This document shows positions 30,026 through 39,615 of a DNA stretch of 64,000 nucleotides, piece by piece; position 1 is the stretch's first letter, and each line of letters begins with the position of its first letter. The position numbers were made by a program, and so were the translations under genes. The notes below the pieces were generated by a model, which saw only the letters and a list, made by a program, of their open reading frames with translations, had not been told where the DNA came from and searched no databases. The DNA lies in IMG/VR virus record IMGVR_UViG_3300033995_001164, positions 186,001 through 250,000 of that record; one strand, written 5' to 3'.

Positions 30026-30868
30026 TTAGAAGAATCTGTGATTATATCTTGGAATCTCAACTACTTCTTTGTAGTGTAACTTATTCCCAAGTTTTTCAAT
30101 CATTTGTCTTCCCATTTCAATCCCTTTGAAAACATCCTCAATCACCACATATTCGTTTGGTGTGTGGTAATCGTAATACCCAATTGAAAAGTTGATACAA
30201 GAAAAACTAAATTTACTTCTCAACGCATAAACATCAGTATATGGATGAACCATGTATTGCATATCTTCGTTATGCATCCCTTCGGTTAATACTTGGTCAC
30301 AAACTTCAAAGAATTCTGACTCTCTATCAAATAAATCTTGACTGAAACATTTTTCGGTAATCATCCAGTTCTCCGGAGCGTCAAATTGAATTCCATAACC
30401 AACATTAGTGAAGAATTCAGGGTCAGCCTTTTTGGAACCGTGACATCCGGTTTCTTCAGATACAAAGAAAGTGGCTTTTAAATTTGGTAATTCTTTTAGT
30501 AATTTTAAACAAGCAAATACTCCACATTTATCATCACCACCGATTCCGGTTGGTAATCCATGTAAGTTGTAAGCTTTCAACGAATCTTTAATCTCACCTT
30601 GAGCATTAGGTAATTGTTCTTCATGAACTATTATATTGTCTAATCTGTGGACTGTGTCAGTATGTGCAATAACACAAGGGAAGTAAAAGTCCTCAGGAAG
30701 TGTTTCAAGTTCTTGTTTGGTTGCATAAACATTTTTGTGTTCATCAACATAATGTTCTATATTGTTTTCGGTCAACCAATTCTGTAAAAATTCAACCATT
30801 AGGTCTTCTTTATAAGTTACGGTTGGAACACTAAGAACTTCTTTTAGTAATAATATATCGTTTGTCAT
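30026..30868 (-). CDS. Zinc exopeptidase, M20/M28/M42 clan
   Basis: IAHTDTVH, GGDDKCG, EETGCHGS, YHTPNE metal-binding motifs. Confidence 0.85.
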   Translation of the reverse strand: MTNDILLLKEVLSVPTVTYKEDLMVEFLQNWLTENNIEHYVDEHKNVYATKQELETLPEDFYFPCVIAHTDTVHRLDNIIVHEEQLPNAQGEIKDSLKAYNLHGLPTGIGGDDKCGVFACLKLLKELPNLKATFFVSEETGCHGSKKADPEFFTNVGYGIQFDAPENWMITEKCFSQDLFDRESEFFEVCDQVLTEGMHNEDMQYMVHPYTDVYALRSKFSFSCINFSIGYYDYHTPNEYVVIEDVFKGIEMGRQMIEKLGNKLHYKEVVEIPRYNHRFF

Positions 30869-30885
30869 GGGACAAAGGTAATAAA

Positions 30886-32025
30886 TTAATACATGTCATC
30901 CAAATTAAATAAGGTATTTTGATATAAAAAATTGTTAAATTCTTCTTCTTCCAATTCAAGTTTTTTAAATAATCCGGTATCTTTAGTTTTGACAATTAAT
31001 TTAACTGACATATTACCCGGATTAAACGATTCAATTTGAAAAATAATATTGTCGTCTTTAGGGGTTTCATACCAAGTTTTTAATTTATATTTAGATACAA
31101 CTCGGTTTCTAAATTCAACAAAGTCTTGAATTGTATATTCTTCGTCACTTTTTTCATCTAATTTTTCAATAATCTTTTCAAATTGTCTTGTAACCTCATT
31201 ATTAAATGATACTGAATCGAAATATTGTTCATCTTGAAACTCGTAAATTTTCTCATACCAACCACCAGGAGTTGACCCTCCAAAAGACTTATTTATTATT
31301 TTTGTAACAATCTCTTTGGCATTAGAATTAAATAAATTTAGTTGTAACGCACCCAAATATAAATCGGCAAGAGTGATTTCCACTTCATCCATATTGTAAT
31401 TAAGGTTAATACCATTTTCCTCTAACGGTTTATTAAATTCATCTTCGATTGCCTTTTTTGCGACAGTATTCATTTCGTGCTCTTTTTCAGATTGAAAATC
31501 CCCGAGGATATAATCAATTTCATTAGGAAATAAATCAAGTAACATTTCGGATAATTCTTGTCTGTATTCTTCACTCTCGAGATTAAATTCTTTTTCAGGT
31601 AATATTGTGGATGCGATGTCCTTAAGAGTTTCTTTATTCTCATCGTTCAATTCATAATACACATTGTACCCTTCTTTAAAATCTTGTTCTATTTGATATG
31701 AATCTTGAAAATCATATCCATTGTATGAATTAATAGCTTGCATGAACCAAACATCTGATTCGTCCATGTCAATTTCTTCTAAAAATTCTTTATCATCTTC
31801 AAATTTAATGGTTATAATAGATTGACCTAAAGGTTCCTTAGTTTGAATATAGTCTATAGTATTATCGATATTATATAACTCGTCAGTACTAATTCTACCT
31901 TTAGAAAAATTTCTAAGACCGACAACTAAGTTCTTATCTTCCTCTTTTTCAGTGTCTTGCTCTGTCTGTATGACCCTTCTGATAATATGATTAAGGTCTG
32001 ATTCAGTTAATTTTATTACTTTCAT
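30886..32025 (-). CDS. Leader-bearing acidic protein
   Basis: Likely start MKVIKLTESDLNHIIRRVIQTEQ at 32025. Confidence 0.55.
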   Translation of the reverse strand: MKVIKLTESDLNHIIRRVIQTEQDTEKEEDKNLVVGLRNFSKGRISTDELYNIDNTIDYIQTKEPLGQSIITIKFEDDKEFLEEIDMDESDVWFMQAINSYNGYDFQDSYQIEQDFKEGYNVYYELNDENKETLKDIASTILPEKEFNLESEEYRQELSEMLLDLFPNEIDYILGDFQSEKEHEMNTVAKKAIEDEFNKPLEENGINLNYNMDEVEITLADLYLGALQLNLFNSNAKEIVTKIINKSFGGSTPGGWYEKIYEFQDEQYFDSVSFNNEVTRQFEKIIEKLDEKSDEEYTIQDFVEFRNRVVSKYKLKTWYETPKDDNIIFQIESFNPGNMSVKLIVKTKDTGLFKKLELEEEEFNNFLYQNTLFNLDDMY

Positions 32026-32056
32026 TAAAATGATTTTACAATAAATACTTTTTTTG

Positions 32057-32087
32057 TTTGGAATTTCAATATTTATGTTTATCTTTG
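32057..32087 (+). promoter_or_regulatory. Bacteroidota sigma70-type promoter for tmRNA
   Basis: TTTG (32057-60), 19-nt spacer, TATCTTTG (32080-87). Confidence 0.75.
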
Positions 32088-32101
32088 TACCATAATAATA
32101 G

Positions 32102-32511
32102 GGGGATGAAATGGAATTGACTGACATATCTACTTATTTAGGGCACGTAGTGAGAAGTTTCCTATCACTTAAATCTATGGATGACAAAATTATAAATGGC
32201 AACATTTTAAACAAAATGGCTCTAGTAGGTCTTGTACGTCAAGATGAGCTTGTGAACGTAGCGTAAGCAAACACACATTGGGGTCGACGGATATATGTAC
32301 CTTGCAACAGAAATATCTTAAGGTGTGATACCACCCGAAGAGTGTCAAGGTCTCGTTTGAGGGTCTACCTATTAAAGTGAACCTCCCACAGTTGTAGGTA
32401 ATGATGGAAAAATTAAAACCTTCTTATTTGTCAGTTGAGAATTAATTGAATAAACGTGTAGACCTAAACACTTAGGATGGACAACACCCGATTTCGAAAT
32501 CGGCATCTCCA
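32102..32511 (+). ncRNA. ssrA: tmRNA; tag reading frame 32198-32266 encodes (A)GNILNKMALVGLVRQDELVNVA
   Basis: 5' GGGGATG pairs with 3' CATCTCC-A including the G3.U70 pair; GGAATTGAC D-loop; GGAC...TTCGAA T-arm; resume context ATAAAT-GGC. No encoded CCA. Confidence 0.9.
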
Positions 32512-32520
32512 CTTTAATAA

Positions 32521-32553
32521 AAAAAAAATCCATCATATGATGGATTTTTTTTT
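32521..32553 (+). terminator. Terminator after tmRNA
   Basis: AAAATCCATCAT-ATGATGGATTTT inverted repeat with T tract. Confidence 0.7.
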
Positions 32554-32616
32554 TATTAATTTTCTAAAATCATATCATTATATCCATTTTTTTTATTTAT
32601 ATTTGCAAGATAAAAT

Positions 32617-33348
32617 ATGCGTGAAATGAAAGGTAAATTAAAGAAAATAGATGATAAGTGGGTTGTTGAATACTCCGGTATTTCATATAGTGGTGGCAAT
32701 CCAAAACAATTAGGTAGTTACACCAAAAAAGTATGTAAAAAAACTTTACCATTACACCCCAATTTTATTACAATGACAGATTATGTTTGGGTTAAAGGAT
32801 ACAAATTTTACGATGGTTATGAAGTTGAATTTACCGAAGTATTGGTTAATTCTATAGGTAGAGAAGTTGACCCAAATAATTTAGGTCAAAATCACTCAAA
32901 ATGTATATGGTATGCCAGACCCTCTTTATCGGAAAAAGAAGATTTGGGTTATACAACCAAAATGGGAATTGGGGTTAGTGATGAGATGGTTCGAGCAACT
33001 ATGATTCCAAAAGAATATTTTGGAAAAGAAGAACAAAAACAACATCTAATTGATATGATGAAGGATGATGAAGAATTGGGGTTGTATGAACAAATCGACC
33101 AAAATAATCCTGTTACAAAAGGTAGTACTGCTTTAGTAAAAAAAATCAAATTTGAGGATGTCTTCAACGATGAGAAAAGAGAAGGGGTTAAAAGAGTAAT
33201 TCATCAACATAAAGTTTTAAAAGATTTAAGTTTAGTCAATCCCGCCCATTTACAAATGACAAGTAATGGTCATGGAGAATTCCCTGATAGTTATAAATTA
33301 ACTGAAAAAGGTATTCAATATATTATTGAACAATTAAATAAAGAGTAA
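32617..33348 (+). CDS. Hypothetical protein
   Basis: 243-aa ORF after a TATATTTG promoter element; first of a run of coupled small ORFs. Confidence 0.55.
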   Translation: MREMKGKLKKIDDKWVVEYSGISYSGGNPKQLGSYTKKVCKKTLPLHPNFITMTDYVWVKGYKFYDGYEVEFTEVLVNSIGREVDPNNLGQNHSKCIWYARPSLSEKEDLGYTTKMGIGVSDEMVRATMIPKEYFGKEEQKQHLIDMMKDDEELGLYEQIDQNNPVTKGSTALVKKIKFEDVFNDEKREGVKRVIHQHKVLKDLSLVNPAHLQMTSNGHGEFPDSYKLTEKGIQYIIEQLNKE

Positions 33349-33351
33349 GGA

Positions 33352-33765
33352 ATGGGTGAGAACAAAAAACCAAGAGTATATCATTCAAAAATATTAGAAG
33401 ATGTATTATCAAACATTACTCCGGAAGAGTTGGAATCAACTGAAATTGAAATGAGAAATATGGGGTATGAAGAGACCTATACCAATAAAGAAATTAGAAC
33501 TTGGTGGTTAAACCAAACTGAGGGAAGAAGACGAGATATGGTTCGGGAATACTTCAAAGGTGGTAATAGTGAAAGAATCAACACATTATACGGCATTATG
33601 CCGGAAGAAATGGAGGAAATATATAACATTAATGTTGATGTTATTATAATGGATTGGGAAGAAATCTTATTTGATTTTATAGATTTTTACCCGTGTCAAT
33701 TACCTGACGAATTATTTGAATGGTTGGATAATAATTACGAAATACCAAAGAAAAAAAATGGTTAA
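33352..33765 (+). CDS. Hypothetical protein
   Basis: Coupled ORF. Confidence 0.55.
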   Translation: MGENKKPRVYHSKILEDVLSNITPEELESTEIEMRNMGYEETYTNKEIRTWWLNQTEGRRRDMVREYFKGGNSERINTLYGIMPEEMEEIYNINVDVIIMDWEEILFDFIDFYPCQLPDELFEWLDNNYEIPKKKNG

Positions 33766-33865
33766 ATGTTATCAACATATTGATACCACATCTGATGAAT
33801 GGTGTTGGAAATGTCAGGGATTAACCGATAATGAGAGGTTTAATTCAACTAAAATAATAAATAAG

Positions 33866-34366
33866 ATGGAAAAGATTAAAATAATATTCCTTGATATCGA
33901 TGGAGTTCTTAATGTTTACTCCCACGACCACGATGAGTTTGGTAGTCAATTTCAACCCCAATTTGTTAATAACCTTAAACGAGTTATTGAAGAAACGGGT
34001 GCCAAGATTGTAATATCATCAACTTGGAGATATGGTGGATTACAGAGGATGAAAGATATGTGGGAAAAGAGGAACTTACCTGGTGAGGTGATTGATATCA
34101 CACCGGATTGTACTTACTTACATAATGAAGGTTTATTTGAATGGATAGATGAAGTTGAAAGAGGTCACGAAGTACAATATTGGTTGGATGAACATCCTGA
34201 AGTGGAAAGATATGTTATCTTAGATGATGATAACGATTTCTTACCCCACCAACGAGGTAATTTTGTTAGAACGGCAAACAATATCAATCATCCGGATGCG
34301 TTGGACATCGGATATGGATTAACGAATGAATGTACAAACAAATCAATTAGAATATTAAACGTGTAA
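33866..34366 (+). CDS. HAD-family phosphatase (Swiss-Army-Knife RNA-repair-like)
   Basis: IIFLDIDGVLN, IVISSTWR, RGHEVQYWL...YVILDDD. Confidence 0.85.
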   Translation: MEKIKIIFLDIDGVLNVYSHDHDEFGSQFQPQFVNNLKRVIEETGAKIVISSTWRYGGLQRMKDMWEKRNLPGEVIDITPDCTYLHNEGLFEWIDEVERGHEVQYWLDEHPEVERYVILDDDNDFLPHQRGNFVRTANNINHPDALDIGYGLTNECTNKSIRILNV

Positions 34367-34370
34367 TAAG

Positions 34371-34781
34371 ATGATAACAAAAGAAAAGTATTTAGATTTA
34401 ATTAAAACTAAAGAAGTGGTAGAAAATAGAGCGTATGAGGTATCAACTCTATTAAATAAATTAAATTCGTCAATGTGGGGAATGTATTCAGATTCCGGAG
34501 AGATGTATTTTTATGATGATTCAGTTTCATTAAACACTCACGATTATTTTAGAGGAAGTTATGATTCAACGTCAATGGACTTTAATTCGGATTATTTGTT
34601 TATGTCGGATGATGAAATTATAGAAGATGCTAATAGAATAATTGAATTTGACAAAGAAAAAACTAGACAAATTAAAGAGAATAAAGACAAATTATTAATA
34701 GAACAAACAGAAGAAAAAGAGAGAATAGAGTATGAGCGTCTAAAGAACAAATATCATAAACTTGAACCAAATGGAAAATAA
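34371..34781 (+). CDS. Hypothetical protein
   Basis: Coupled ORF. Confidence 0.55.
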   Translation: MITKEKYLDLIKTKEVVENRAYEVSTLLNKLNSSMWGMYSDSGEMYFYDDSVSLNTHDYFRGSYDSTSMDFNSDYLFMSDDEIIEDANRIIEFDKEKTRQIKENKDKLLIEQTEEKERIEYERLKNKYHKLEPNGK

Positions 34782-34786
34782 TTAAT

Positions 34787-34939
34787 ATGTTCAAGAAATT
34801 ATTCAAGAAGTTCTCTGATGTTAAATGTAACCATTCATTTATTATGGAAGAGGTGTGGGACCTTGAGAAAGACCCGGTTTGTACCAAATGCGGTAAACCA
34901 ATAAGTGAATTAACCCCTAAAGTTAAAAAGAAAAAATGA
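34787..34939 (+). CDS. Small Cys/His protein (50 aa, not in the ORF track)
   Basis: MFKKLFKKFSDVKCNHSF...VCTKCGKP; its stop overlaps the next ATG (ATGA). Confidence 0.5.
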   Translation: MFKKLFKKFSDVKCNHSFIMEEVWDLEKDPVCTKCGKPISELTPKVKKKK

Positions 34940-35193
34940 AAACACACACAAAAGGAAGCGTAATTGTTGAGGAGATTAAAATTGGTGATATTCATTATGA
35001 ATATGACTATGGTATGGGAATTAAATGTCAAGTAACAACCTTACCAAGAATAAACGAGTCAGGTCAATATGAATGGGAAAGTGAAAATATGAAAACAGGT
35101 AAAACAATCAATTATTTGGTTGACCCAAAATATTCACATTACTCCGCAAATCTTTATGATTATGAAGCGTATAAAGTTAATACCTACATATAA
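34936..35193 (+). CDS. Hypothetical protein
   Basis: Coupled ORF. Confidence 0.55.
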   Translation: MKTHTKGSVIVEEIKIGDIHYEYDYGMGIKCQVTTLPRINESGQYEWESENMKTGKTINYLVDPKYSHYSANLYDYEAYKVNTYI

Positions 35194-35194
35194 G

Positions 35195-35371
35195 ATGAGA
35201 GAAACATTTACAATAGATGAGATTAGGAAGTACATCCTATCACAGGATAGTTTGGGAGATGTTCTATACAATTTAAGTTCTTCTAAAATATTTGAAGCAA
35301 ATGAATTAGAAGATGATGAATTGGATTGGGACGATTTAGATGATAATGAAATTAGAGAAACGTATCGATAA
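35195..35371 (+). CDS. Hypothetical protein
   Basis: Likely start MRETFTIDEIRK. Confidence 0.45.
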   Translation: MRETFTIDEIRKYILSQDSLGDVLYNLSSSKIFEANELEDDELDWDDLDDNEIRETYR

Positions 35372-35556
35372 TGAAAGAAAAAATAAAATTAAGAATTAAT
35401 TTATTTTATGTATTTTTGCAATGGTGTTGTTTAGTACCAAGTGAGATTAAAGAACATTGGGATGATATGAATCGTAGATATTATAATGAGACAGACCCTG
35501 AAATGTTAAAAATATTTAAAGAATTAGAAGATAAATGGGAAGAGAAAATTGATTAA
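35371..35556 (+). CDS. Hypothetical protein
   Basis: Coupled ORF. Confidence 0.5.
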   Translation: MKEKIKLRINLFYVFLQWCCLVPSEIKEHWDDMNRRYYNETDPEMLKIFKELEDKWEEKID

Positions 35557-35980
35557 TAATAAAGAAATGGAAAAAGAGACATTTGAAGAATACTTACAGA
35601 GATTAAAAGACAGACGCACCGAAGGAGATTACAAATACAGTGATGAGGATTTTAAAAACTACATTTACCATATTATTGATTGTTATGAAAAGAATATTAG
35701 TGTTTATGAATGTCTTGAATTTATGTATTTTATAGTAAGAGAGCCCATCCAAGAATTGGGAGTACTGGAAGTACCGATGCCTATATCAAAACAAGAAACA
35801 CTTCCCGAATTAGTCAACATACCAATGATGGTTAGTATGGATGGGAAAAATTGGGAAAGAAGAAATGTAATTGCATTGTCAAAAGGAATCTATATTACCT
35901 CTGAAGGAAGAAAAACGTGTTTACATACAGAAGAGGAATTTGAATCAATCGATTATTGGAAATTTGCTAAACCTATTTAA
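35549..35980 (+). CDS. Hypothetical protein
   Basis: Coupled ORF. Confidence 0.5.
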   Translation: MINNKEMEKETFEEYLQRLKDRRTEGDYKYSDEDFKNYIYHIIDCYEKNISVYECLEFMYFIVREPIQELGVLEVPMPISKQETLPELVNIPMMVSMDGKNWERRNVIALSKGIYITSEGRKTCLHTEEEFESIDYWKFAKPI

Positions 35981-35982
35981 TT

Positions 35983-36270
35983 ATGGTAAATTTTGAAAAC
36001 TTACAAGAAGGGTGGGTTAAATTTTCACGAATACCTTGTGTTGAAGGATGTATTGATGTTTGGTATGGTGATTGTGCTTATAACCCAAATAGTGAAATTG
36101 AACCTCGTTGGAACCTAAACTCATTCACAACATTTATTAGATTAAATGGTGAAGGAGAATGGTTTCCAAACGGATATAGAAAAGGAATTAAAGGGTTTGC
36201 CGGAGAAATGGATGAAGTTGCAACATCACAAGAAATTTGGGACGAAATAAGTAAATGCAATGAAGAATGA
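35983..36270 (+). CDS. Hypothetical protein
   Basis: Coupled ORF. Confidence 0.5.
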   Translation: MVNFENLQEGWVKFSRIPCVEGCIDVWYGDCAYNPNSEIEPRWNLNSFTTFIRLNGEGEWFPNGYRKGIKGFAGEMDEVATSQEIWDEISKCNEE

Positions 36271-36518
36271 ATAAAGTAAAAATAACAGACATATCACAAC
36301 TAGTGGAAGGTCAATTAGATATTGATGTTGTTCGTCAATTCTATTTAGAGGTTTTGTATTGTGTTGTGGAGGATTATAGAAGTATAAACGACATTAACGA
36401 TATTGTTAATGATTTATCACCCCTCCCGGAAAAAAAGTTAGAACATTTCAAAATACATTTGGAAGGTTTTGTTGATGATTTAATTTATGATGGTGTAATA
36501 ACGAAAGTTCAAAAATGA
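36267..36518 (+). CDS. Hypothetical protein
   Basis: ATGA-coupled ORF. Confidence 0.5.
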   Translation: MNKVKITDISQLVEGQLDIDVVRQFYLEVLYCVVEDYRSINDINDIVNDLSPLPEKKLEHFKIHLEGFVDDLIYDGVITKVQK

Positions 36519-36910
36519 TGAAAGGGATTATAAAAGTTAGAAGTTTTGATTCATTAAAAAAATTGAATTACAAACGAGCAAAAGGGAAAAGTATAAACAT
36601 TAAATCGTTGGATACCTCAACTAGTGAATCAATTATAACTTTAGAGAAATTAGGTCTTTTAACTCCTGAATTGTTATGGGAGTTAGTTGAAAGACGAAAA
36701 TATCTCTGTATTGAAGAACATAAATTAGAATGGGTAATACGAGCCAGAGAAAAAAACTTACCTCTATTTGCTGAAGATATAGATAAGTATGTTAATCATT
36801 TTTCAGACGTTAAATTAGCGGTTTTAAGAATCCCGTATGAAATAAGAATAATACCTAAGTATAGAACTTACATTTGGAAAAAAGAAATTGGAGAAATAGA
36901 TGGAAACTAA
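36515..36910 (+). CDS. Hypothetical protein
   Basis: ATGA-coupled ORF. Confidence 0.5.
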   Translation: MMKGIIKVRSFDSLKKLNYKRAKGKSINIKSLDTSTSESIITLEKLGLLTPELLWELVERRKYLCIEEHKLEWVIRAREKNLPLFAEDIDKYVNHFSDVKLAVLRIPYEIRIIPKYRTYIWKKEIGEIDGN

Positions 36911-37487
36911 AAAAATATTGTTTTTGGATAATGATGGGGTAATCTGTCTCTCCAATAATTGGGGTGGGAGAACCAAAAAATGGGATAAGTATAAAAAACT
37001 TAATCCCGAGGCGACCAGTGATACTACGGCGCCCGTCGATGTGAGGTTTGATGATTTTGATAAAAAGGCCATCAAAGTATTAAATCAAGTATTAGAAGAG
37101 ACCGGAGCGGAAATCGTTGTTTCCTCTGATTGGAGATTACACGCAACATTAGAAGAAATCGGAGAATACTATCTCTCTCAAGGAATCTTAAAAGCTCCAA
37201 TTGCATTTACCAAACGATACATCGGTTGTGATAAACCTGATGAGTTTGAATGGGTTAGAAGAACAATGTACGAACAACAAAGATGTATAGAAGTTAGACA
37301 ATATCTAACCGACCATCCTGAAGTTACACATTGGGCTTGTATCGATGATTTAGAGTTAGGTGAAAAAGATACTCACGATAGAGAACAAAAGTGGGGTTTA
37401 TCCAACTTCGTTCACACGCCAAGAATGAATGAAGGAATTAAACAATCAGGCATTAAAGAAAAATTATTACAATACCTGAATGACTGA
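36900..37487 (+). CDS. Second HAD-family phosphatase (Swiss-Army-Knife-like)
   Basis: ILFLDNDGVI, IVVSSDWR, EVRQYLTDHPEVTHWACIDD. Confidence 0.8.
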   Translation: METKKILFLDNDGVICLSNNWGGRTKKWDKYKKLNPEATSDTTAPVDVRFDDFDKKAIKVLNQVLEETGAEIVVSSDWRLHATLEEIGEYYLSQGILKAPIAFTKRYIGCDKPDEFEWVRRTMYEQQRCIEVRQYLTDHPEVTHWACIDDLELGEKDTHDREQKWGLSNFVHTPRMNEGIKQSGIKEKLLQYLND

Positions 37488-37498
37488 TATTTATCAGT

Positions 37499-38020
37499 AT
37501 GATTCAATACTTCACAGAAATCCTTAAAACATTTTCAACAGCCCAACGTATTTGGGCTTTGATTATTTTATGTATATCCGTATTTTTAATAACATTCGGT
37601 TCAGATATAATTGACGCGTTAAAACCGGACTTCACACAACAGAATTTGGTAATTAAGAGACAAAGAACTATGATTACATCTCTGAATACCCAATTAGACA
37701 GTTTGACCTTCAGAGTTAATGATTTGACTCAAGAAGTGATTGATGGACAATCGGAATGTTCTTATAAAAGGATAGAAAGAGAAAAGGAGATTATTACTCA
37801 AATTGATGAGTTAGAAAAGATAATAAGAAATATGAATCCTCGTACAATGGTTAAAAACCCTCGTGTATTGGCAATGAAACGAACTAATGATACTATTGAG
37901 GTCGATACAATAAGAGTTATTCCGGATGAAAATACAGAATCAATTATGGAAGATAATACTGAACTCGCAATATCGGCGTTACATGAGTTGAAAAATAGGA
38001 TTAAAAATAAGAAATATTAA
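37499..38020 (+). CDS. Membrane-anchored coiled-coil protein (possibly lysis/spanin-like)
   Basis: One N-terminal hydrophobic helix then coiled coil; late-type motif upstream. Confidence 0.45.
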   Translation: MIQYFTEILKTFSTAQRIWALIILCISVFLITFGSDIIDALKPDFTQQNLVIKRQRTMITSLNTQLDSLTFRVNDLTQEVIDGQSECSYKRIEREKEIITQIDELEKIIRNMNPRTMVKNPRVLAMKRTNDTIEVDTIRVIPDENTESIMEDNTELAISALHELKNRIKNKKY

Positions 38021-38025
38021 TTTAT

Positions 38026-38388
38026 ATGAGTCAAGTTAAAGTATCTGCTAAACGACATTTAGCAAAAACAATAAGTTATCGAATAATCAGTACTGTAATT
38101 GGTTTTTTAATAATGTGGGTAATATCCGGTTCTATTAAAATTGGCGCAGCCTTTGGAATTGCGGAATTAATTTATAAGCCAATACAATATTATATTCATG
38201 AAAGAGTTTGGTATAGATGGATTACTTTTGGTTTGATTAAATCTATTCCGGTTAAGGAAAAAACTAAAAGAGTTTTTAAAAAGACTTATCATACACCACC
38301 TTTACAAGAACCAAGAGTTATTAAAGAAGAGGAACAACCAACACCTGAAATCAAAAGATTAACATATAGTAAGAAATCCGACAATTAG
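38026..38388 (+). CDS. DUF2061 membrane protein
   Basis: RHLAKTISYRIIST...YYIHERVW pattern. Confidence 0.8.
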   Translation: MSQVKVSAKRHLAKTISYRIISTVIGFLIMWVISGSIKIGAAFGIAELIYKPIQYYIHERVWYRWITFGLIKSIPVKEKTKRVFKKTYHTPPLQEPRVIKEEEQPTPEIKRLTYSKKSDN

Positions 38389-38428
38389 TCGGATTTTTTT
38401 TTTATCTAATAATGAGGTATTTATTATT

Positions 38429-39067
38429 ATGAATGAATTTAATAAAATAACTCGAACATATAATATCATTTCTGATATGAAAAAAAATAAAGTAACTGAG
38501 GCAACCGACATTAATGGTGTTGACGAATTAGTTTACAATCCTGTAACAAAAAAAGGCGGGGAGATAGGATACGGATATGACAATGGACAACGAAAAGAAG
38601 GGATGACTTGGTCCGGTCATGAAAATCATTTACACATAGGTTTTACCGACCGTAATGCCGCAATAGCAATCATAGATAAAGCACATTCGATGGGATTAAA
38701 AACTACTGAAAACCCATACGCAAAAAAAGACCCTAATAATAAAGTTGACAATGTTCACACAGGGGGGAGTTTACATTACAAAAATTTTCCGGGAACTCCG
38801 ACAGTTGGGATGGCTGTTGATATTAGTGGTAACCAAATTAAAATTACGGAATTAATTAAATGGATAGAATCTAAATATTCTAAAGAGTCAAGTTCCTCAT
38901 CAATAGACTCAAAAACCGGGACTGAAACCCCATCAGAAGAAGATGGTTATTTATCAAATTGGGCGGGTAATGTAGCTAAAACGATAATGCCGGTAGGAAC
39001 ATCAATCGATGTTCGTTCAATGGTTGGTCTTAAAGAAGAAATAGATAGGATTAAAAAATTATTATAA
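38429..39067 (+). CDS. Putative zinc peptidase-like virion protein
   Basis: HENHLHIGF and SLHY...MAVDI motifs; C-terminal LKEEIDRIKKLL; late-type motif upstream. Confidence 0.45.
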   Translation: MNEFNKITRTYNIISDMKKNKVTEATDINGVDELVYNPVTKKGGEIGYGYDNGQRKEGMTWSGHENHLHIGFTDRNAAIAIIDKAHSMGLKTTENPYAKKDPNNKVDNVHTGGSLHYKNFPGTPTVGMAVDISGNQIKITELIKWIESKYSKESSSSSIDSKTGTETPSEEDGYLSNWAGNVAKTIMPVGTSIDVRSMVGLKEEIDRIKKLL

Positions 39068-39118
39068 AAAAAAACCATCTTTAATGATGGTTTTTTTTTT
39101 ATATTTAATAATCTATTT

Positions 39119-39583
39119 TTATTTTAAAAATCTTAACTTATATACTGTGGAAAATATCAGTTCCTGAACTGTATCAATTTGGTTTTGGATGAACGATTCT
39201 TTAACACCTTTTCTTGCATTATCAATCATTGTATCTAATGATTTGAAATAATTAATCACTTGTTCAGAACTCTTGTAGTCCTCGGTTTTAATTGAATCGT
39301 AATTTTTAATAACATCGTACTTACCTTGGTAACTTTCAATAATACCATCTACCAATGTATCAATCCCTTCATAGTATCCTTGTAATGCCTTATGTTCAGA
39401 ATACGATTTGGTTTGTAAATGAAAAATGTGAACTTGAGTTTGTGAATGTAGTAATGTTGATACCATATTTTTAAACCCTGAATTACTTTTAGTGTTCGTA
39501 TTTTCTTCTTTTTTACTTTCTTGTTCACTTAATCTCATTGCCTTAAAGAGCATTTCTTTGGTCATTGTTATTTTATCGTTCAT
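39119..39583 (-). CDS. Ferritin/Dps-like protein (DUF5856-like)
   Basis: HIFHLQTKSYSEHKALQGYYEGIDTLVDGIIESYQG four-helix pattern; leader ends RLSEQ. Confidence 0.7.
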   Translation of the reverse strand: MNDKITMTKEMLFKAMRLSEQESKKEENTNTKSNSGFKNMVSTLLHSQTQVHIFHLQTKSYSEHKALQGYYEGIDTLVDGIIESYQGKYDVIKNYDSIKTEDYKSSEQVINYFKSLDTMIDNARKGVKESFIQNQIDTVQELIFSTVYKLRFLK

Positions 39584-39615
39584 AATTTACTATTTTTGTT
39601 TAGCAATAAATATCA

